Virus genome (UHGV): UHGV-0246545
DNA: 22,114 nt
Origin: a virus
Reading direction: 5' to 3' (one strand)
Shown here: one piece after another, positions 15,954 through 22,114 of the stretch
Layout: every line of letters starts with the position of its first letter
How positions within the stretch are numbered: position 1 is the stretch's first letter
Position numbers and translations under genes: made by a program
The notes under the pieces: model-generated
What the model saw: the letters and a program-made list of their open reading frames with translations, nothing else
What the model was told of the DNA's origin: nothing
The model's database searches: none

Positions 15954-17282
15954 ATGACGTGGAAAGACAGGCTTCAGGATGCGTCATTTCGAGGTGTGCC
16001 GTTTAAGGTTGAAGAAGAAAGTGCGGGAACTGGTCGCCGTGTGGAAACACATGAATACCCGAACCGCGACAAGCCCTATACCGAAGATCTGGGAAAAGTC
16101 ACTTTCCGCCCGTCCATCACAGCTTATGTGGTGGGAGATGACTGCTTTGACCAGCGCGATCGCCTGATTGAAGCGCTGAATAAACCCGGTCCCGGCACGC
16201 TTGTCCACCCGACATATGGTGAGCTGAAAGTCTGTGTTGACGGGGAAGTTCGGGTCAGCACATCGAAAAGTGAAGGGCGTATTGTCCGCTTTGACCTGAA
16301 GTTTGTCGAAGCAGGAGAACTCTCTTACCCCACATCAGGTGCGGCGACGGCGCAGACGCTGATGTCATCCTGTTCTGCACTGGATGACTGCATCAGTGAC
16401 AGCTTCAGCGGTTTCAGTATCGATGGTGTGGCGGATTTCGTGCAGAACGACGTTATCGGTAATGCCAGCATAATGCTGGGGTATGTTTCTGATGCGATGA
16501 AAGTGGTGGATTCTGCCGTATCGGATGCCGCCAGGCTGTTGCAGGGGGATATCTCGGTACTTCTGCCGCCGCCATCGTCAGGCAAAAATTTCGTTGAGCA
16601 GGTGCAGAAAATGTGGCGTACCGGGAAACGCCTTTATGGTAACGCCAGCGACCTGGTCACCATGATCAAAACGCTTTCCGGTGTCAGCCTCGGCAGCGAT
16701 CTGCAACCGCGCGGCGTCTGGAAAACGGACAGTAAAACCACCGCCACGGCTACGCAGCAGCGTAATGTGGTTGCCAGCACCCTTCGTACGACCGCAATCA
16801 GCGAAGCGGCGTATGCCATCACCCGATTGCCTGCGCCAACAACTTCCGCGGTGATGCAGAATTCCGCAGTGGGGCAGGCAACAACACCTGCGCAGAGCAC
16901 TGGCTGGCCTTCCGTCACGCATCCGGCACTGAACAATGCACCGGCGGTGAAAAACACGGTTGACCTGCCGACGTGGGAAGAACTGACTGACATTCGCGAC
17001 ACACTGAATACGACAATTGATAAGGAGTTGTCCCGTACAACCAGTGATGCGCTGTTTCTGGCGCTGCGCCGGGTGAAAGCAGATCTGAATGCGGATATCA
17101 ACACGCGCCTTGAACAGTCTGCACGGATCATTCAGCGCACACCGGATGAGGTTTTACCCGCGCTGGTGCTGGCGGCGACCTGGTTTGATAACGCGGCGCG
17201 TGACGCGGACATTATCCGGCGTAATGCAATTACGCATCCCGGCTTTGTGCCGGTGATCCCTCTGAAGGTGCCAGTGCAATGA
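15954..17282 (+). CDS. DNA circulation protein (Mu gpN-like)
   Basis: N-terminus MTWKDRLQDASFRGVPFKVEEES… is typical of Mu N-like DNA circulation proteins. GGAG 5 nt upstream of ATG 15954; the ORF track start 15948 is GTG. Confidence 0.85.
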   Translation: MTWKDRLQDASFRGVPFKVEEESAGTGRRVETHEYPNRDKPYTEDLGKVTFRPSITAYVVGDDCFDQRDRLIEALNKPGPGTLVHPTYGELKVCVDGEVRVSTSKSEGRIVRFDLKFVEAGELSYPTSGAATAQTLMSSCSALDDCISDSFSGFSIDGVADFVQNDVIGNASIMLGYVSDAMKVVDSAVSDAARLLQGDISVLLPPPSSGKNFVEQVQKMWRTGKRLYGNASDLVTMIKTLSGVSLGSDLQPRGVWKTDSKTTATATQQRNVVASTLRTTAISEAAYAITRLPAPTTSAVMQNSAVGQATTPAQSTGWPSVTHPALNNAPAVKNTVDLPTWEELTDIRDTLNTTIDKELSRTTSDALFLALRRVKADLNADINTRLEQSARIIQRTPDEVLPALVLAATWFDNAARDADIIRRNAITHPGFVPVIPLKVPVQ

Positions 17283-18358
17283 ACGACAATGTCACGCTAC
17301 GGGTAAATGGCCGGGAGTGGAATGGCTGGACATCGGTACGCATCGGTGCCGGTATTGAACGGCTGGCGCGGGATTTCAGTGTGGAGATCACCCGACAGTG
17401 GCCGGGAGATGAGGGTATCACCACGCTTCAGCCGCGCATTAAAAACGGTTCAAAAGTGGAGGTGCTGATTGGTGATGAGCTGGTGATCACCGGCTGGGTG
17501 GAGGCGACGCCCGTTCGTTACGATGCCCGTTCGGTCAGCACCGGTATTGCCGGACGCAGTCTGACCGCTGACCTGATTGACTGTGCAGCCGAACCGACAC
17601 AGTTTAACGGACGATCGCTGGTACAGATTGCGCAGGCGCTTGCTGCGCCTTTCGGCATTGAGGTGGTGAACAACAGTGCGCCGTCGGGGGTTATTCCTGA
17701 TGTCCAGCCTGATCACGGCGAAACGGTGATTGAGGTGATCAACAAAATACTCGGTCAGCAGCAGGCACTGGCTTACGACGACCCGCACGGCAGGCTGGTG
17801 ATTGGCGGTATTGGCTCAACGCGGGCACATACCGCGCTGGTACTTGGGGAAAATATCCTTTCCTGTGATACGGAGAAGAGTATCCGGGAGCGGTTTTCTG
17901 TTTACCAGGTGGCGGGGCAGCGTGCCGGAAACGACGATGATTTCGGTGAGGCCACCACCACCGCGCTGCGGGCCCGCACAGAGGACGCATTTATTGCCCG
18001 TTACCGTCCGATGTATATCAGGCAGACAGGGCAGGCTACGGGGGCAGGCTGTATTGCCCGTGCGGACTTTGAAGCCCGACAACGGGCGGCGCGGACGGAT
18101 GAAACCACCTATGTGGTTCAGGGCTGGCGACAGGGTAACGGTACGCTGTGGCAGCCCAACCAGCGGGTGATTGTCTTCGATCCGGTCTGTGGTTTCGACA
18201 ATACCGAACTGCTTGTCTCGGAAGTCACGTTTACTCAGGACCAGAACGGCACCCTGACGGAAATCCGTGTCGGCCCACCTGATGCTTATCTGCCTGAACC
18301 CGAAGCCCCCGGCGCGCGGAAAAAGAAAAAAGCCAGAGTACAGGAGGACCCGTTCTGA
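17279..18358 (+). CDS. Mu gpP-like tail protein (baseplate hub; P2 gpD / late-control-D family)
   Basis: 359 aa; follows the DNA circulation gene with an overlapping start, as in Mu (N then P). Confidence 0.82.
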   Translation: MNDNVTLRVNGREWNGWTSVRIGAGIERLARDFSVEITRQWPGDEGITTLQPRIKNGSKVEVLIGDELVITGWVEATPVRYDARSVSTGIAGRSLTADLIDCAAEPTQFNGRSLVQIAQALAAPFGIEVVNNSAPSGVIPDVQPDHGETVIEVINKILGQQQALAYDDPHGRLVIGGIGSTRAHTALVLGENILSCDTEKSIRERFSVYQVAGQRAGNDDDFGEATTTALRARTEDAFIARYRPMYIRQTGQATGAGCIARADFEARQRAARTDETTYVVQGWRQGNGTLWQPNQRVIVFDPVCGFDNTELLVSEVTFTQDQNGTLTEIRVGPPDAYLPEPEAPGARKKKKARVQEDPF

Positions 18359-18906
18359 TGAGGACGATTGAAGCCATGCAGCGACAACTTCTCGGCCTGA
18401 TTGGGCGGGCAGTGGTGAAAAGCATCAGTGCCGCCACGAAATGTCAGACCGTGGATGTGTCCCTGATTGCCGGTGAACCCAAAGCCGGGGTTGAACATCT
18501 TGAACCCTACGGTTTTACCGCAAGGGCAAACAGCGGTGCGGAAGCGGTGGTGTTGTTTCCGGATGGCGACCGTTCTCATGCGGTGGTTGTTACGGTGTCG
18601 GACCGGCGCTACCGCCTGAAAGGGCTGCAGACGGGTGAGGTGGCGGTCTATGACGATCAGGGGCAGTCCGTGACGCTGACCCGGGAGGGGATCGTGGTGG
18701 ACGGTGCAGGTAAAACGATCACGTTTCGCAATTCACCTAAAGCACGTTTTGAAATGGACCTAGAAGTGACAGGACAGGTGAAAGACCTGTGCGACTCCAG
18801 CGGCACCACCATGTCAGCGATGCGGCTTGCCTATAACGGGCATCGTCACAGAGAGAACGGTCAGGGCAGTAACACCGACAAACCTGATAAAGCGATGGAG
18901 GCATGA
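18358..18906 (+). CDS. Baseplate assembly protein V / central spike (Mu gp45-like)
   Basis: 182 aa; ATGA overlap with the preceding gene. Position and size match Mu gp45 / P2 V-type baseplate spikes. Confidence 0.82.
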   Translation: MRTIEAMQRQLLGLIGRAVVKSISAATKCQTVDVSLIAGEPKAGVEHLEPYGFTARANSGAEAVVLFPDGDRSHAVVVTVSDRRYRLKGLQTGEVAVYDDQGQSVTLTREGIVVDGAGKTITFRNSPKARFEMDLEVTGQVKDLCDSSGTTMSAMRLAYNGHRHRENGQGSNTDKPDKAMEA

Positions 18907-19331
18907 TGGAACTGTGGCTGACGGTGAACGGTAAACGCACCTGCGCCAGCGCACCGCTGGATCCGCTGACCCGCGCCGTGGTGATTTCCCTGTTTACCTG
19001 GCGGCGGGCGGAGCCTGATGACAACGCCGACGTCCCGATGGGATGGTGGGGGGATACCTGGCCTGCGGTACAGAATGACCGTTACGGCTCCCGACTGTGG
19101 CTGCTTCAGCGCAGCAAACTGACCAATCAGCTGGTGCAGACGGTAAGGGGGTATATCCGCGAATGCCTGCAATGGATGATTGATGACGGCGTGGTGTCCC
19201 GTATTGATCTGGATATCCGCCGCACCGGGATTAATGAACTGGGTAACAGTATCACTCTCTGGCGTCGTGACGGACCGGTAATGATTTCTTTTGATGATCT
19301 GTGGAGTGCGATAACGCATGGCGGACAGTGA
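18903..19331 (+). CDS. Mu gp46-like baseplate protein
   Basis: 142 aa, overlapping start and stop with neighbours. Conserved position between V-like and J-like baseplate genes. Confidence 0.78.
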   Translation: MMELWLTVNGKRTCASAPLDPLTRAVVISLFTWRRAEPDDNADVPMGWWGDTWPAVQNDRYGSRLWLLQRSKLTNQLVQTVRGYIRECLQWMIDDGVVSRIDLDIRRTGINELGNSITLWRRDGPVMISFDDLWSAITHGGQ

Positions 19332-20376
19332 ATTTCAGCGCCCGACGCTGGCAGAAAATATCAGTATGCTCCGTAACGATTTATTCGCCAGGCTGGACGT
19401 CAGCGACACGCTCCGGCGCATGGATGAAGACGTGCGGGCAAAGGTGTATGCGGCGGCGCTGCATACGGTTTACGGGTACATCGATTATCTGGCAATGAAC
19501 ATTCTGCCTGACCTGTGCGATGAGTCCTGGCTGGCGCGACATGCTGCGATGAAACGGTGTCCGCGCAAGGGGGCCACGGCTGCCAGCGGGTATATGCGCT
19601 GGGAAGGTGTCAGCGATGGCCTGAAGGTGACCGCCGGGAGTGTTATTCAGCGCGATGACCTGGTTCAGTACACGGCAACTGCCGATGCAACCAGCTCCGG
19701 TGGTGTCCTGCGCGTGCCGATCGCCTGCTCAAGTGCAGGCGCGGTCGGTAACGCTGACGACGGTACGTCATTAATCCTGGTCACGCCGGTTAATGGTCTG
19801 CCGTCTTCCGGCGTGGCAGATACCCTGACAGGTGGATTTGATACTGAAGAGCTGGAAACGTGGCGCGCCCGCGTCATTGAGCGGTATTACTGGACGCCTC
19901 AGGGCGGGGCTGACGGGGACTATGTCGTCTGGGCTAAAGAAGTGCCCGGCATTACCCGCGCATGGACATACCGTCACTGGATGGGAACGGGAACTGTCGG
20001 TGTGATGATTGCCAGCAGTGACCTGATTAATCCCATTCCGGAAGAATCAACGGAAACGGCAGCAAGACAACATATCTGGCCACTGGCCCCGGTGGCAGGC
20101 TCTGATTTGTATGTATTCAGGCCGGTGGCACATACGGTGGATTTTCATATCCGCGTGACGCCGGACACACCAGAAATACGGGCTGCCATTACCGCGGAGT
20201 TGCGTTCGTTCCTGCTGCGTGATGGTTATCCGCAGGGAGAACTCAAGGTATCGCGTATCAGTGAGGCGATTTCCGGTGCGAACGGGGAATACAGCCATCA
20301 GTTGCTTGCACCGGTGGACAATATCTCCATTGCGAAAAACGAACTGGCGGTACTGGGGACGATTTCATGGACGTGA
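19318..20376 (+). CDS. Baseplate J-like protein (Mu gp47-like)
   Basis: 352 aa; conserved gene order gp45-gp46-gp47-gp48 upstream of the tail fibre. Confidence 0.85.
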   Translation: MADSEFQRPTLAENISMLRNDLFARLDVSDTLRRMDEDVRAKVYAAALHTVYGYIDYLAMNILPDLCDESWLARHAAMKRCPRKGATAASGYMRWEGVSDGLKVTAGSVIQRDDLVQYTATADATSSGGVLRVPIACSSAGAVGNADDGTSLILVTPVNGLPSSGVADTLTGGFDTEELETWRARVIERYYWTPQGGADGDYVVWAKEVPGITRAWTYRHWMGTGTVGVMIASSDLINPIPEESTETAARQHIWPLAPVAGSDLYVFRPVAHTVDFHIRVTPDTPEIRAAITAELRSFLLRDGYPQGELKVSRISEAISGANGEYSHQLLAPVDNISIAKNELAVLGTISWT

Positions 20377-20951
20377 CAAACGATGATTACATCCGCCTGT
20401 TATCGGCACTGTTGCCGCCCGGTCCGGCGTGGTCAGCCAGCGATCCGGCGATTGCCGGTGCGGCACCGTCATTAACCCGTGTTCATCAGCGTGCGGATGC
20501 CCTGATGCGGGAGCTGGATCCGCGCACCACCACTGAACTGATAAACCGCTGGGAGCGTCTGTTCGGTCTGCCGGATGAATGTATTCCGGCGGGAACGCAG
20601 ACCCTTCGCCAGCGTCAGCAACGGCTGGATGCGAAGGTTAACCTGGCGGGCGGCATCAACGAGGATTTTTATCTTGCACAGCTTGCTGCCCTGGGCAGAC
20701 CAGATGCCACCATCACGCGATACGACAAAAGCACTTTCACCTGCTCATCGGCCTGTACTGACGCGGTGAATGCGCCGGAATGGCGGTATTACTGGCAGGT
20801 CAACATGCCAGCCACCACCAACTCCACCTGGATGACATGTGGCGATCCCTGTGATTCCGCACTGCGTATCTGGGGTGACACCGTTGTCGAGTGTGTGCTT
20901 AACAAACTCTGCCCGTCGCATACCTACGTAATTTTTAAATATCCGGAGTAA
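20367..20951 (+). CDS. Mu gp48-like tail protein (DUF2313; e14 YmfQ-like)
   Basis: 194 aa, cysteine-containing C-terminal part, immediately upstream of the tail fibre. Confidence 0.82.
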   Translation: MDVTNDDYIRLLSALLPPGPAWSASDPAIAGAAPSLTRVHQRADALMRELDPRTTTELINRWERLFGLPDECIPAGTQTLRQRQQRLDAKVNLAGGINEDFYLAQLAALGRPDATITRYDKSTFTCSSACTDAVNAPEWRYYWQVNMPATTNSTWMTCGDPCDSALRIWGDTVVECVLNKLCPSHTYVIFKYPE

Positions 20952-20954
20952 TCC

Positions 20955-21443
20955 ATGCATCGTATAGACACGAAAACCGCGCAGAAGGATAAGTTCGGCG
21001 CGGGTAAGAACGGTTTTACCCGTGGTAACCCCCAGACCGGCACGCCTGCCACCGATCTGGATGATGACTACTTTGACATGTTGCAGGAGGAACTTTGCAG
21101 CGTGGTGGAGGCATCCGGTGCCAGCCTGGAGAAGGGGCGGCACGACCAGTTACTTATCGCACTTCGCGCGCTGCTGTTAAGCCGCAAAAATCCGTTTGGC
21201 GATATCAAATCGGACGGCACGGTGAAAACGGCTCTCGAAAACCTTGGTTTGGGAGAAGGCTCTGCATTACCTGTTGGTGTGCCTGTTCCGTGGCCCTCAG
21301 CCACTCCGCCAACAGGCTGGCTAAAATGCAACGGAGCAGCTTTTTCTGCTGAAGAATACCCGGAACTGGCAAAGGCTTACCCGACAAATAAATTGCCTGA
21401 TTTACGTGGCGGCTTTATTCATCAGGCAGCCCTCACGATATAA
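20955..21443 (+). CDS. Tail fibre protein, N-terminal (constant) portion; ORF ends after only 162 aa
   Basis: N-terminus [47 protein letters not shown] is characteristic of enterobacterial prophage side tail fibres. Contains the fibre motif [44 protein letters not shown] and stops 8 codons later. Confidence 0.8.
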   Translation: MHRIDTKTAQKDKFGAGKNGFTRGNPQTGTPATDLDDDYFDMLQEELCSVVEASGASLEKGRHDQLLIALRALLLSRKNPFGDIKSDGTVKTALENLGLGEGSALPVGVPVPWPSATPPTGWLKCNGAAFSAEEYPELAKAYPTNKLPDLRGGFIHQAALTI

Positions 21444-21473
21444 TTAAAGGCAATGTTACGAGGACGGTTTTCG
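21390..21473. repeat. Tail-fibre junction repeat, copy 1 (A+B parts contiguous)
   Basis: A part 21390-21420 matches 21533-21563 at 26/31 positions by hand alignment. B part (21415-21473) is clearly similar to 21701-21759. Confidence 0.7.
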
Positions 21474-21496
21474 TTTGCAGTTGGAACAATTCTTGA

Positions 21497-21750
21497 AGCA
21501 TCAAGGCCAATCACTTTTGGGTACCAACGTTAAAATTACCTGATTTACGCGGTGAGTTTATTCGCGGCTGGGATGATGGGCGAGGCGTGGATGCGGGAAG
21601 GGGCATCTTAAGCATACAGGGGTGGTTAACTGGAAGTCATTATCATAATATTCGGTCATGGCCTGCCTGTACGGCAATAAGATCATTATTTAATATCGCG
21701 TTATTCATTATGCGGCTCTCACAATATAATTGAAGGCAATATTGCGTGGA
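21497..21750 (+). pseudogene. Tail-fibre fragment without start codon (…KLPDLRGEFIRGWDDGRGVDAGRGILSIQG…), probable pseudogene remnant
   Basis: Open frame bounded by stops, with no ATG near its 5' end. Contains the canonical tail-fibre motif DLRGEFIRGWDDGRGVDAGR. It is out of frame with the downstream B-part copy (about 143 nt extra relative to copy 1). Confidence 0.4.
21533..21563. repeat. Tail-fibre junction repeat, A-part copy 2
   Basis: AAATTACCTGATTTACGCGGTGAGTTTATTC versus AAATTGCCTGATTTACGTGGCGGCTTTATTC at 21390-21420. Both encode KLPDLRG(G/E)FI. Confidence 0.7.
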
Positions 21751-21759
21751 CGGGTTTCA
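21701..21759. repeat. Tail-fibre junction repeat, B-part copy 2
   Basis: TTATTCATTATGCGGCTCTCACAATATAATTGAAGGCAATATTGCGTGGACGGGTTTCA versus 21415-21473. Encodes …IHYAALTI-stop, paralleling the …IHQAALTI-stop end of the fibre ORF. Confidence 0.7.
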
Positions 21760-21902
21760 TTCCCCCCTGAGGACTCCGTTCTGTATTGACTGGAAAATTT
21801 ACCATTAATCGCCCCTTCGCGGACGGCGTTATCTGTCGACAACAGACTATCCCCCCCTCTGTCATTTGGCACCAATACCGTGTTATCCCACGCGTCCCAT
21901 GA

Positions 21903-22114
21903 CCGAATATATATATTTCAGAGTCAACTGAATATCTTGCTGTGGGTGTTGGTATTCCGGCTAATTCCTGTTTAGATGCCCCAGGCGCACATAAATCTGG
22001 CTATGCTATTCGCCGTTCGGAGGATTTAAATTCATGGGAGTATGCGCCAGACCATCGTGGTGAAACCGTCTATAGCACTGACACGGGAAACACCGAAGAA
22101 ATCACGGCGCTGGG
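21903..22114 (+). CDS. Partial ORF running off the window end; possibly a tail-fibre variable segment or tail-fibre-associated gene
   Basis: 70 codons open to the window edge (…GYAIRRSEDLNSWEYAPDHRGETVYSTDTGNTEEITAL…). No in-frame ATG; a GTG at 21942 is possible. Phage-like base composition. Confidence 0.3.

Noticed and set aside
21440-21500. Hin/Gin/Pin-type 26-bp inversion crossover site at the tail-fibre junction
   Set aside because: Only one half-site-like GGTTTTCG element (21466-21473) is present; the opposite half does not form the expected palindrome, and the duplicated junctions are direct, not inverted, within this window.
1-22114. CRISPR arrays, tRNA or rRNA genes, integrase or recombinase, IS elements
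   Set aside because: No regularly spaced short direct repeats, no cloverleaf-like or rRNA-like sequences noticed, and no ORF with integrase, transposase or serine-recombinase character in the window.

Overview
The window is most of the late region of a temperate, mosaic enterobacterial-type prophage, with all backbone genes on the + strand. Order: lambda-like lysis cassette (class I holin, R-like endolysin, nested Rz/Rz1 spanins), HNH endonuclease plus small and large terminase, HK97-type portal, prohead protease and major capsid, head-tail joining genes, then a Mu-like contractile tail (sheath, tube, frameshifted chaperone, tape measure, DNA circulation protein, baseplate homologues of Mu gp44-gp48) and the N-terminal part of a tail fibre followed by scrambled tail-fibre fragments. 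Three visibly AT-rich insertions (judged by eye, not computed) interrupt this backbone at module junctions: (i) a minus-strand KAP-family P-loop NTPase fragment upstream of the holin; (ii) a 287-aa protein of no family I recognise, with its own promoter-like signals, between Rz and the HNH gene; (iii) a 176-aa signal-anchored protein with its own promoter-like signals and intrinsic terminator between the tape measure and DNA circulation genes. These morons are the best candidates for an undescribed accessory or anti-phage function, but none can be assigned a function from sequence alone. No rRNA, tRNA, CRISPR array, integrase or IS element was seen. Family assignments rest on motif and whole-protein recognition by reading, not on database searches.
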